A program made the translations under genes and the position numbers. Shown here piece after piece: positions 32,064 through 43,297 of a DNA stretch of 64,000 nucleotides. This DNA comes from Salisapilia sapeloensis CBS 127946 (lineage: Eukaryota > Protista > Oomycota). The stretch spans positions 1 to 64,000 of the forward strand of contig JAADVB010000049.1 of assembly GCA_023334545.1 (NCBI GenBank), given 5' to 3'. The notes under the pieces were generated by a model that worked only from the letters and a program-made list of their open reading frames with translations, searched no databases and was not told the DNA's origin. Positions within the stretch are counted from its first letter, which is position 1; every line of letters begins with the position of its first letter.

Positions 32064-33571
32064 CCATGCCATTGGCACGCAGAAAGCAAAGAAAGACGAG
32101 TGCCGTTTTCGATAGAAAAGAAAGAAGTAGATTTACATATTTCCCAGTTTCTTTTTGAAGAAATAGATGTGCTACAAACCGATATCCATAATCTAGTTGC
32201 TTGCTTTTCGGATGACATGGAGCCTCCGTCTATGAAAAAGCTGATTCCATCGAGATACTTGCGTACGTCTGAATTTATTCGTATGCGATCTGCTCTCTAG
32301 TTTTAGTGGCGATGAGCTCCAGTCATTCGATCTATCGACGACACGTTGAAGTAGCTTTGTCGTCTACAGTTTGCTCCGTCTATATCGATGCGAGATAGAT
32401 GCATGTGGCTTGAAACGCGCGTCCGTAAACATCGTGTGACTGAGTACGTTACGTAGGGCTTCACTACGAAAGATCTGGTTCGACCAGGTGACCCATTCAC
32501 TTCAACACTGCTGCTTTCATGGATCGAGGACCACTCTATCCTACTCCATCAGACGATGTCAATCGAGATGAAGGAGCTTTGTGCTATTCCACATTTGAAG
32601 CAAGAAGAACTCGATCGTAGGTATAGTGTGCATTATAATGAAGAAGCTGACAGTCATCTTATCAGATACGTTTGCCTACGAAGTCTGTGATATAATGGCA
32701 TGTAGCAGATCGTACGAGATTCTAGCAAAATTGTTTAATCCCCGCCATATTTGTCTGGAAATGTAGACCTAGATGTTGTTTACCTCGAACTAGCTTCAAG
32801 TCCAGCGTTTTTGGCAGTACAAGGAGCCAAGGGACAGAGTAAGCTATCGTAAAAGCCGAGGTGGAAATGTTGTAGAATGAAACAGACGGGAAGTGAACGA
32901 TCGACAGGAACGGAACACGCGATGCACGGGAAGTGTTCGCGAGACGTTGCTGAACGCATCCTTTCAAATCGAAAAGCAAGGAATCGGTGGATCGTGATGA
33001 TTTGCCAAGTCTCATCAGAGTCAGTTGCGACGCTTGTCTAGTCGCCGATTACGATGTCCTTCGAGAAACTGAATGCGATGATGACGTTATGCCAATCTAC
33101 CAAGGTTCTCATCAAAGGCATCGTGTTGCTGTATGATTAGATCACCACAACACGACAAGGCAGATTAAAACCCCACAAGGTTCATTCGTAGTAGAATAAG
33201 AAGAGTGCTCTCTGGTCGGAGATAAAGATTTATTTAGATGTTTCCACGAGTGAATCCTTTCAAGTTTGTAATGGTAAGTCATCCGTACCACTGGAATAGT
33301 TTAGGTAAGAAGCAAAGCTATTACTTGAACGTATGTACAAGGACAGCAAGAAATGTCCGAGAAAGAAATGTAATAGCTCCAATCACCATCATCTAGCTCT
33401 TCATCAATACAAATGTGGGCCCTGGACCGTGCTCTACATCCTAAATCAAAGTGCCCATAAGCAATAAAAACTCAAAAGTACCGATTGTCTTAGACCTTTC
33501 GTTATGCACGATCAATCCTCTTCAGAGGACCACACCTCTTCCAAACAATATCAAGCTCAACCAACAAGCAC

Positions 33572-35266
33572 TCAAATCTCTTGGGCTGATACGCTCTTGT
33601 CTTCGGCAATCTTGGTTCGTTTCGCACTCGGATCTTCTTCCAACTTCATAAACTCAGTCGCAGTGCCCAGAACCTCTGGCTCCTCTCGCTGCTTGCACGT
33701 CCTCTTGTTATGACCTTTAACGCCACACACGCTGCAACGCAGCTTGGAGCCTTTCGCAGACCCAGGCGTTTGCGTCATCTGTGCCACCTTCCGAGGTCTA
33801 CCTCTGCTCACAACCACCGGAAACGGTTTCGTACTCTGGTCGCTCTCAACACGCTCCACATCCACAGGTGTGACACGACCTGCATACAGTGTCTGGAGCG
33901 TCGTCAAGAGGAACATGGGCGGGATACCTGCCTGCGTCGACTCTGTATTAGCATTCAGAGCCATGTACACATGCAAACAAGGAAAGTGAGATGCATCGTA
34001 CTCGCCACAAGAGCACGTCTTGAGCGCAATGTCCACGACTCGTTGCCTACCAGTCGCTTGTTCAATCACTTCAAACTTACTTTCATCCACCTGTGCGACG
34101 CTGTAGCCTGGTGCTTGGATTTGATACTCCTTCAATCGCTGCTGATACTCCTCTGGGTACTCCGTTCCAGTCTGAGCATACTTTTTCGAGCGAAGGAAGA
34201 GAAGACGAGCTACGCGCGAGATCCAGGACACAAAGAACATGAGAGGAGACTTGTCACAAATCGATTCGAGAAAAACGAGGAACGAGCCGTCGGTCGCATC
34301 GTCATTCGCTTCTGACGTAAGGAAGAGCTCCGTCTTGTTCGAGACGCTGACGGCCGGATACTCTCGAGAGATAGCGGCATCCAACACACCTCCTCGATTG
34401 TGCACGATCGAAAGCTGCCCGTCCAATCCGTTCAGCGCCGCTTCTTTCAGTTCACGCAAGAAGAAGTTCCAATTCGCTTCGTTCTCTTCACTAACAACCG
34501 CCAGTGCGATTGGAACGTGGTTACGCATCGCATCTTGTGTGATAGCAGACAGCACGATGCCACCAAAGCTCGAGGTCAGTCGGAACATGCTCAAGAGTAC
34601 ACTCGAGCGGCAGTATCGAACACTCTCTTGCAACGCACTCGGACATAAGAACGCTCTCGCCATCACACTACCTTCTCCTTGCTCCTCTGTGTCGAACGCA
34701 ATGCGACTACCCGGATTCTCCCTTTCAAACGCCTCCAAGTAGCCTTGTACACGCGAGAAGGATGTGCTTTCATCCTGCTTGAGCTCCCTCCGATATGCCT
34801 TGAGAGCCCTCCAAGCCGTCAAGTAGTTGGCTGACAGACCGAATTGCTCCCTAATCAAGTCAGCCATGTCCTTTGGTGTCACGTCCGTGCCGGGCAAGTA
34901 CGGTCGCGTCGCCTCCATGAGAGCTGAGGCAGACAGAAGCTTTGCATTCGACTGCACGGCGGTACAATTCGGCGAGTGCTCGAGGTTCACTCGTACGACA
35001 TAGACCCGTCCATCCGCTCGTTGCGTCCCTGTCACGTAGAATGGGCATAGTTCTTCCGAAGGAACTCCCTGCTGCTTCATGGATTTCCACATCGGGCACC
35101 GTGCATCGAGACGTTTCGGACTACTGTGGTTGACATGGTATGGCGTATTATAGCGCACCGAGATGACCTTGAGATCCTTTCGTAGTTCCCCCATATTCGC
35201 ATAACTTTCCTGGAAAGGAGGCTGCGGCGCTGGCAGTCTCCGATTCCGCTTCCGAACTTCTTCCAT
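33572..35266 (-). CDS. MULE/MuDR transposase-derived protein (DBD, degenerate DDE, SWIM, AT-hook, CCHC knuckle)
   Basis: PIALAVVSEENEANWNFF (MULE core), SWIM CSC..PCLH, SRGRPRK, CSVCGVKGHNKRTC. The catalytic Asp positions read SMF and HNR. Confidence 0.8.
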   Translation of the reverse strand: MEEVRKRNRRLPAPQPPFQESYANMGELRKDLKVISVRYNTPYHVNHSSPKRLDARCPMWKSMKQQGVPSEELCPFYVTGTQRADGRVYVVRVNLEHSPNCTAVQSNAKLLSASALMEATRPYLPGTDVTPKDMADLIREQFGLSANYLTAWRALKAYRRELKQDESTSFSRVQGYLEAFERENPGSRIAFDTEEQGEGSVMARAFLCPSALQESVRYCRSSVLLSMFRLTSSFGGIVLSAITQDAMRNHVPIALAVVSEENEANWNFFLRELKEAALNGLDGQLSIVHNRGGVLDAAISREYPAVSVSNKTELFLTSEANDDATDGSFLVFLESICDKSPLMFFVSWISRVARLLFLRSKKYAQTGTEYPEEYQQRLKEYQIQAPGYSVAQVDESKFEVIEQATGRQRVVDIALKTCSCGEYDASHFPCLHVYMALNANTESTQAGIPPMFLLTTLQTLYAGRVTPVDVERVESDQSTKPFPVVVSRGRPRKVAQMTQTPGSAKGSKLRCSVCGVKGHNKRTCKQREEPEVLGTATEFMKLEEDPSAKRTKIAEDKSVSAQEI

Positions 35267-35521
35267 ATCGAGAATAGAAACGCTTGATTTGTGGCCAAAA
35301 AGGGAGAATTGAAAAACTAACCGGATACACAACGTCATAAAGAACAAAAATGAGCGCCCGACAGGATGCCGCGAGCGACGCCGCGAGCCACCACAGTCGA
35401 AGCAGCAGTGCGAGCAGTGGCGTACACCCGAACGTCCATTCGGGTACCTATCTACCCTTACATTCGACAGGCACCGTAGACTAAATAGTAGACATTAGGA
35501 CGGTACTCGCCGTCGACGAGC

Positions 35522-38440
35522 ATGGGACCGGATATGGCCCACTCTGGCAATCCTTTGCACCAACTTCTCCACCCCCAAGCCCAGCACGGATACGGTCCAC
35601 CGCCTCCGCCAATGCCCAATCAGCCGCCGCCACCGTCCGCGCAGCAGTTCATGCAGCAGTTCATGAACAACCACGCAAGCGGTCCGATGCGTTCGATGCC
35701 GTACAACCCTCCTCTTCCTCCGATGCCCCACCCGGTCATGCATCCTGCCTACCAGCAGCAGCCACGTCCAGCCAACGGCATCCACTCTGCTTCTTCATCT
35801 CCCCAAGCCAACAGCTTTGCGAGTGCCAACCCGGCTCCTCCCAGTGCCAGTACGCTGTCGCAGCCAGGCACGGCATCTAGCTCGAGTCTAGCTGCGACGA
35901 ATGGTCCGACGGAGCGTCCTGGAACGCCAATCTCGGGAGAAGATGTCGAGTACATGCCGCAGCATGATGACGGGGAAGAAGCGAGTCAGGCGCTGGAAGT
36001 CACGCCGATCACGCTATACAACTCGGAGCGTGCGTCTCAACATGGAAACCTCCTGGCTGTGAACGACAAGTTCATCTCGTATCCCATCCGTAACGGACTT
36101 ATTCGTGTCATCAGTCAAAACGCTGTTGACCGACTGCTCTTGCGTCATCACGAACACCAATCCGTGACGGAACTCGCCTTCTTCCCTGGACGAAGCGACC
36201 TCCTGCTCTCCGCGAGTACTGGCAATCGCATCGCAGTGTGGGAAATCCGTAGCGAACCAACTGTCTCGCGTGAACTCCGGAAGACGATCCGGTCGTCGGC
36301 GCAACGTGTCAAGTGGCATCCGACGGATCCGAACCGCATCGCGATTGTCGACGGAAGTGTCGTGTATATCCTTAACCTCTCGGCCGTCGGTGCAGAAGAA
36401 GAAGAAGACGATGACTTGAGTGAAATCAGCGTCGTGTGCGCCGATCCGTCGTCTTCGGCCTTTATCAATGACGTAGCCTTCTCTCCTGATGGAGCTTACC
36501 TCATTGCTGCGAACGCAGACGGCGTGGTACATGTCTATGGTGGCATTGAAGATCAGGCTGAAGGTGAACGTGCTGAGATAATGCACAGCTTTGAGCCGTT
36601 CGATGGCGAAGAAGTCAACTCGGTGCTCTTCTACAAGCAAAATCTATCGAACGCACCTCTTGGTTTACTCGTGGCAGGTGACGACAATCGTAAATTGTCG
36701 CTCTGGAGCTCTCCACTAGACGATACGACTACACCGCTTTGCTCTCAGACCGTCACAATCAATGATAATCACGTCGAGAGCGCTCCGTTGGACATCGTAC
36801 TCGACCCGACGCAGCAATTCCTTCTCTTGGCAGACAGAACCAAGCCGCGTCTATATGTGCTGCATCTAGCGTCCGACAACGCTGGCAGATCCTTTGATAA
36901 TATTGTCGAGTTCGTGCTCGCCTACCCAGTGCTGTCCATGGCAGCGATCTGCCACGACGAAAACAGTCCGCCGAACACACGCATGTCTTCCCAAGACCTC
37001 GCGGGACTCTCCATCCAGCTGTACTGTGTCCAGACACAAGCTATTCAGCGATACAACGTCTACGCGAGCAACTGCTACGTGCCCCCACTCCCAGCGCAAC
37101 CTGCTGCAGACGACTCATCTCACGCCGGCAACAGCTTCGGACAGACCGTCGGTGCCACGACGAACGAAGGTGAGCGGTCCTACCAAACGCCTGCCGAGTC
37201 TCCTGAAGCTCACGTGTCCGACGTGGATGCATCCGAGCCTCTTCTCCCTACTGAAAGCGTCACGTCAGAGGATACGCCGATGCTCGCTTCTCGTTCCTAC
37301 ACACGTAGCTCCCCGTCGTCGTCTGTTCGGGCCATGCAGGACGATTCGAGTCTCCCGTACGAACCATCGTTGGATGGAATCGATAGTGAAGGTCAACAGG
37401 CACTGCTGTCGTACCTCCGTCGCATGGAAGCAGCCCAGACACAGCGTGATGAGCAGCTAAAGGAGCAGATGCGTCAGTTCGGCCAAGGTCTAAATGCTCA
37501 AGTCTCGTCGCTCGTGGCGACGCAAGTGGAGAAGACCATCCAGAGACAACTGCAGTCGGTCCTAGTGCCTGCCATGGGCCGCATCGTCCTCCACACCATG
37601 GAGCACAACTTTATGAAGCCTGTGCAGACGGGATTCCAACAAGTGATTGCTGAAAAGCTACTTCCAGACATGGAAACCAAGCTCAAGGACGCACTGGCGA
37701 CTTCCTTACCGGAAGAAGTGTCTAGTAGTATGGATCAAGTGGTGGAACGCATGGCTGATGACGTGCGGGAACCTGTGCGTAACGCTTTCCGCGAGTGTTT
37801 CCGCCAGCATATCATCCCGTCGTTTGAAGCTGCGACGCAAAAGATGTTTGAACAGATCGATCGGTCCGTCGCGAGTCACACTGCGAATGGAAATACTAGT
37901 CAGAGCGTCTCGGGACAATTGCAGTATCTCATTGATGCAGTTGACAACCTGACGCAACGTGTGGATGAATTCTCGGAACAAGCGGAAGGTGGGAACTTTG
38001 CAGCAGGTGCTGGGAGTGCGAGGGAAGTCCAATTTGAACAACAGAAGACGAAAATCCAGACACTCTTGGATCAAAACGAGTTTGAAGAAGCATTTAAACT
38101 GGCGCTAGGAGAGCAGGACGTCGAACTCGTCGCTTTTGCTTGCAAGCAGACGGATCCACGCGTCGTCTTGAACTCGAGACCGCCCAAGCTGTCGCAAATG
38201 CTCGTGCTGTGTCTCGTGCAGCAACTCGGCGCTGACTTGAGAAACGACGTGTCGCTTAAGCTCCATTGGTTGCGTGAATCTCTACTAGTGATGAATCAAC
38301 GGGATGCATCTATCGCTGGGTTTGTCGTCAGCGTCCTCCAAGAGCTACGCACGAGTCTCGGGAACGTGCCGGAAGAAGCGCGTGACTCGCAGTACATGCT
38401 GCTGCACCACATTTTGAATTCCATGCTCAGTTCGAGTTAA
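35522..38440 (+). CDS. EDC4: Enhancer of mRNA decapping 4 (Ge-1/VARICOSE)
   Basis: Pro/Gln-rich N-terminus, WD40 region (IRVI..LLRHH..VTELAFF, VKWHP), and C-terminal FEEAFKLAL...LSQMLVLCLVQQL. Confidence 0.9.
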   Translation: MGPDMAHSGNPLHQLLHPQAQHGYGPPPPPMPNQPPPPSAQQFMQQFMNNHASGPMRSMPYNPPLPPMPHPVMHPAYQQQPRPANGIHSASSSPQANSFASANPAPPSASTLSQPGTASSSSLAATNGPTERPGTPISGEDVEYMPQHDDGEEASQALEVTPITLYNSERASQHGNLLAVNDKFISYPIRNGLIRVISQNAVDRLLLRHHEHQSVTELAFFPGRSDLLLSASTGNRIAVWEIRSEPTVSRELRKTIRSSAQRVKWHPTDPNRIAIVDGSVVYILNLSAVGAEEEEDDDLSEISVVCADPSSSAFINDVAFSPDGAYLIAANADGVVHVYGGIEDQAEGERAEIMHSFEPFDGEEVNSVLFYKQNLSNAPLGLLVAGDDNRKLSLWSSPLDDTTTPLCSQTVTINDNHVESAPLDIVLDPTQQFLLLADRTKPRLYVLHLASDNAGRSFDNIVEFVLAYPVLSMAAICHDENSPPNTRMSSQDLAGLSIQLYCVQTQAIQRYNVYASNCYVPPLPAQPAADDSSHAGNSFGQTVGATTNEGERSYQTPAESPEAHVSDVDASEPLLPTESVTSEDTPMLASRSYTRSSPSSSVRAMQDDSSLPYEPSLDGIDSEGQQALLSYLRRMEAAQTQRDEQLKEQMRQFGQGLNAQVSSLVATQVEKTIQRQLQSVLVPAMGRIVLHTMEHNFMKPVQTGFQQVIAEKLLPDMETKLKDALATSLPEEVSSSMDQVVERMADDVREPVRNAFRECFRQHIIPSFEAATQKMFEQIDRSVASHTANGNTSQSVSGQLQYLIDAVDNLTQRVDEFSEQAEGGNFAAGAGSAREVQFEQQKTKIQTLLDQNEFEEAFKLALGEQDVELVAFACKQTDPRVVLNSRPPKLSQMLVLCLVQQLGADLRNDVSLKLHWLRESLLVMNQRDASIAGFVVSVLQELRTSLGNVPEEARDSQYMLLHHILNSMLSSS

Positions 38441-38481
38441 GAGAGAAGCAACTAGCATCGTTTCATCAACGTCTTGTTCCA

Positions 38482-39554
38482 TTAGTCTGTAGTGAATTGA
38501 TAGCCGTTGGTAGCTTTTATGAGTTTCTGGACGATCTCCTCTACTTCGACTTCGTCCCTCCCATCAATCGTCAGCTTGGTGCTGTAGGAAGCATCATGGA
38601 CACCAGTGTTCTCTTTCGTTAGGTTCACGTAGCTACCGATGGATACAGTCGGATGTGCGTTCTGGATGGCTGTCAAGTCCTCTGCTAGCTCTCCTTCCTT
38701 AAGCATTGTATGGACCTGGCATTCATTTCTTTAGTCATGTCGAAAGTAGGATACTTGGATAGGTCGTACGATAGAGCGATGGATCGGGATGCCAGTGAAA
38801 TGGTCCTTGTTGTAATGCAGCATTTCTTTGACGATAGATGGGATGCCAGGAAGGACGTAGACGTTGTGCACGTAGGCTAGAGGAACCCACATGCCGGTAT
38901 CAAGGACTTGACAGTTCTCTGGTAGAATCGCCATACGCTTCCTGCTATCCGTCACTTCGACGTTTTTCTCTGCAAATACCTTGCTCATCTTCTCGAGTGT
39001 CGGTTCATGCAGCTCTACGCCTCGACCGAAAGCCTTGGCCTATGTCTGGACTTAGCATCGATATAGATGGAACGATAGTAACTAGACAAAACGTACCACG
39101 CCTTCGTATGTGATATCGTCATGCGTCGGACCAATGCCTCCTGTCGTGATGACGTACCCTGAGGGTCCGACGAGCTCAGACAAGTCTTTCACAGTAGATG
39201 CAATCGTCTATACATGCAGCAAGATGTCAACAAAATAAAACCATCATAAAGCTGCAATAACACATACATCAATTTCATCCGGAATGACTACGATACGAGA
39301 GAGATCGACACCTCGTTCAAACATAAAGTTCGCCACGAAATGCGAGTTCGTGTCTTGAATCTGCATACGAAACACAAGATGAGCTACGTCTCCATGACAT
39401 GGCCATAACATGCAGCTACCTTTCCAGATAGCACTTCATTTCCGATCACACATAGAGCTGCACGAGGAGGTTCCGTGGTAGTGGTAATGAATCGACCGTG
39501 GGAACGGATGGACCGTCCAAGTGGCCACGTAAGACGTCGGGCATGTAGCATCAT
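38482..39554 (-). CDS. Stand-alone molybdopterin-binding (CinA-N/FAD-pyrophosphatase-like) protein, mitochondrial-type presequence, multi-exon
   Basis: Spliced ALCVIGNEVLSGK|IQDTNSHF, VVIPDE, TTGGIGPTHDDITYEGV and VYVLPGIP. No PAPS-reductase (FAD synthase) domain. Confidence 0.85.
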
Positions 39555-39642
39555 TCTTCCTCAATATCCTCATTCGGTTTAGAAGGTCTTTGCATCAGTT
39601 TCCAGAGGTGACAACACTTCCTGACAACGAACAAGCGGAGCC

Positions 39643-41503
39643 ATGGAGAGTGCTCCGAATCGAATGCTTCTCGAGGTATGGACTATTGTAGATCAAAACA
39701 TCTAATGTACATTTCTGCACGTACTATATGTTATGATGAATACTGTAATTGGAACAATAAATGGAATGACTGAATGAATGGCACTATTTAATTAGCGCAT
39801 TCGCGAAACCAAGGACTCGATTGCAGCATTACAGCAACAAGTTAACAAGTACGATGACCTTGCCGATACGCTGAAAGAGCTACCTGACAGACTGCAACAC
39901 ACGGTCATGGTACGATCCTTTAAGACTATTGGAGTATTGCTCGAGTGAATTTATCATTCTTGTCGTGGCAGGTACCAATGGGCAAGAGAGCCATGATGCC
40001 AGGAAAGATAGTGCGATCGAATGAGATCCTCGCGCACTTGGGCGACGAGTACTTTGCCTGGGAGTCTGCGTCTCGATCTATCGCCATCGTCGACCGAAAG
40101 AAAGAGAGTAGGCTTAATCCCTTTTCTACAATTGCCGGGGTCTTCTATAACCGCTAATGGAAATTCGTAGCTCTAACGAAAGCGATCAAACTGCAGCAAG
40201 AATCTCTTGACTCCATCTCATCTACTCAAACGGAATCCAACGAACTTTTGAATGCTAAAAAGGTACGTGATGTAGATCATTTTACAAGCATTATCCTCTA
40301 TTCTCACGACGTCCGGTAGATGTATGAAGCTGAGGGTATCCGGGAGATCACTGAATCTGAAGAAGAAAGCAACAAGATGGCTGTATCTCGAGCTACACAA
40401 GATGGTACCTCGACCACTTCCATTAAACGTATCATACACTTTCTAATCCGTCGTTCAAACAGACATGAACGAGTACTTTGAAATGGAAGAGGAAGAACGG
40501 AAGAAACAGGAGAAGACAGCATGGGACTGGGACGACGTGATGCGTCGGATGGAGGCGTTGGAAGCGGCCGAAGAGCGTGGTGAGAATGAGCCTTCCATAG
40601 AAGAAGAGTCAAAAGGCCACGTCAGTGCCGAAGCCCAAGCCACTAAGCTCAAAGCTGACGGTAACAGCGCCTTTGCTAAACACCAGTACAGTCGGGCTGT
40701 CGAACTGTACACTCAAGCCATCGCTTTCGACGCTTCTTCCCACGTACAAAGGATTTTTCGTATGCTTTCTCCCATCAGAATTCTCACCCGCTCTTGTAGA
40801 TTCTCTTCGGCAATCGAGCCGCAGCGTATCAGCGACTGAAAGAGTATAGCAAAGCCCTGAAGGATGCTTCGGAGGCTGTGAAACTAAAAGATGACTGGGT
40901 CAAGGTACTTGTCTCCCTCTAGACATTCCTCTTAGCGAGGTTTCTAACGATAAAGCAGGGTCACTACCGACGTGCTGGTGCTCTCGCATCACTCGGGCGC
41001 TACAAGGAAGCAGCTGATGCGTACGAACGTGCGCACAGTCTCAATCCAAGTGATAACAAGCTTTCAAACCTAGCGCTAGAGATGCGAGCAAAGGTGGTAC
41101 CTCCTACCGCCCAGCAACCACAACAGCAGAGCTGTCCGACACCTCCTTCCGCATCGAGTTTCGCATCCGTCACGGAAGCGACATCTGACCTACCGACGAA
41201 CACATCCTCCTTTGCGTCCAAGCCTCTATCGTCCTCGACGGCAGCGTTCTCAGGAAGTATCATGGAAAAAGAGATCCAGGAGAAAGCTCCTCCATCTGTC
41301 GAGCCTAGCAACGACAGCACTCGCCCAACGTCTCGTTTCCTAGGCACCAGTCGATCCGGAGAAAGCTTATCGCTCGAACCTGTTGGAGAAGCTGTACGTC
41401 ATCTAATTTTTACTAGTATACACGTAGCCTAACGATACGATGGTAGGAACCTGTGCAACGCGTCTCTCGATTCAAAGCAGCAAGAGCAGCTAGAAAGAAC
41501 TAG
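39643..41503 (+). CDS. URI1: Unconventional prefoldin RPB5 interactor (URI1/Bud27) with an inserted TPR domain, multi-exon
   Basis: Alpha-prefoldin segment LPDRLQHTVM|VPMGKRAMMPGKIVRSNEILAHLGDEYFA; C-terminal RVSRFKAAR motif; TPR KLKADGN...GNRAAAY...WVKGHYRRA. Confidence 0.85.
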
Positions 41504-41540
41504 AGCAAAGAAACATGGTATTCGAACGAAAAACCTAGGA

Positions 41541-43060
41541 CTACCAGTCTCCTGTGAAAGCAGCCTCGCTCTCTTGTTCCATACGTCGCTTGTCCTTGGC
41601 AGCACCAACGACCTGTTTGAGCATCGTCGACTCGAACAACTTGACCGACTGTCCCATCGACGTCTTGTCCCATGCTATTTCATACAGCATTAGATTCTCC
41701 TAATTATGACCTCACTCTTATCGAAAAACCTACCAGCCTTGTCTCCACTCGCTTCGTTCAGCTCTTCCTGCAACTGACCGAGCGTCGGGACTGTAAACGG
41801 ATTAAAGTCTTCCACTGTGTCAGCATCGAGCGGCACACAGACTCTTCCTGTCTTTGGATGGACAGCAAAAGGGCTTTTCAGAAGATGGTTCCGTTGCTTG
41901 GACACGTTCGCATCCAGACGAGGGTATAAATACGCCAAGACAATCTCCTGCACGCACGTACGCAAATCTGCTAGTGCTGCTCTGCGACTAGCATCTTGCT
42001 GCTGATTCGCACCACGCTTGCGTCCTAAAGCATTGTTTCCTCTCGAGATGGCATTATTCACGCTATCTACTAGCTGCTCCCACTTTTCTTCCGGAGAAGA
42101 AGTGCAGGTAGGTACAGTCCATTTTTGCTCTAACTGACGACGTAAATCGTCATCTGGGATCATGTCCAGCAAAGGTTTCCATCTCTTCTCTTCCATTAAG
42201 ACGCCCAGACCGTCTTCCTTGATGACCAAGTCCACAAACAGCGGCTCGATGATCTGATACGCTCGACTATTCCATCTCTCGTCATGTACTACTCTTATTA
42301 CAATAAGCAAGCAAGACATACTTTAAAGAAGGATGGAGGGGCTGCTGAAGACGCACTTTGCGTCGTGTGTTCTCACTGGCTTCTACTAGCGACAAGTACT
42401 GCGTGACGGCTGAACGAGCTTCGTCCGTGAGGTTACGAGCTGCTTCATCCGAGACCCAGCAATGGATACCTCGACGACCAGAGTAGACCCACATGAGCTG
42501 CTGGAAGCCAAAGTCTTGTCGAAGAGATGCTTCCATGACTTTGACGGCAGGGATCATGAGTTTCCAACATCTGGAGCAGATCGCAGCTCCCTGGCAGCAC
42601 GTACGCACGTCGTCGTAATCCGTAAGATCGATATCAAACACCAGCTCTCGCTGCTCTGGTACGAACTCGGAAGAGTTCACTTTGCCTTTCTCGGCCGGAG
42701 ACACAGAGAACACGGCGCCAATATCGATCTTGAATGGCAGCATCTTGATCATACTCGTCCGCATCTCGGCAGCAGTGTGGAACGATTTAAAACGGATGTA
42801 AGTATCATCCTCGAGTGTAAACGACAGCTCTCGTCGGTGAAAAAAATCTGTGTCTGAAGCATATTAGAAGCAAGATGACAGAATCGATGTGAAAAGCTAG
42901 AGTACCTCCATCATACGACAGCCACTGCACCATTTGCTCATACGGAAAGAGCCGATCTATCTCAGGCATCAGTATACATACAAATAACTTTTTAACGGGC
43001 ACTAATAACACCATAATAGAGCTGTAGAAGCTCTGGAGAGAACACCTCTTCATTCCCCAT
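41541..43060 (-). CDS. PRIM1: DNA primase small (catalytic) subunit, multi-exon
   Basis: Motifs LLQLYY|DRLFPY, RELSFTL, RELVFDIDLTDY, YSGRRGIHCWV and HLLKSPFAVHPKTG. ATG at 43060. Confidence 0.96.
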
Positions 43061-43262
43061 TTTAGTTGATCACCTTGTTGTTTGGCGGGAACGACTGTCT
43101 CATAATACACTCCACCTCAATGACCCAGCCATGCTTTTCCATGCAAACAGTATACTGAACCACTCTTTCTTTTTATCCAATCCGAAACACTCGCGCGAAG
43201 ACATCCATACGCTCATTGGATATTATTGACTGGTGGAGATGACCTTGACACTTCGATAGCAT

Positions 43263-43277
43263 CTCATTCCCCAAGTT
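43263..43277 (+). promoter_or_regulatory. INR/FPR-like core promoter of RPS8
   Basis: CTCATTCCCCAAGTT has one mismatch to the consensus and lies ~20 nt before the ATG at 43298. Confidence 0.45.
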
Positions 43278-43297
43278 ACCGTCGGACTGCGAAAAGC

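Noticed and set aside
33400-35520. Active Mutator element around the MULE-like ORF
   Set aside because: No terminal inverted repeats or target-site duplication were visible, and the catalytic Asp residues are replaced. The short gccgcgagc duplication (~35367-35388) is too small to be a TIR.
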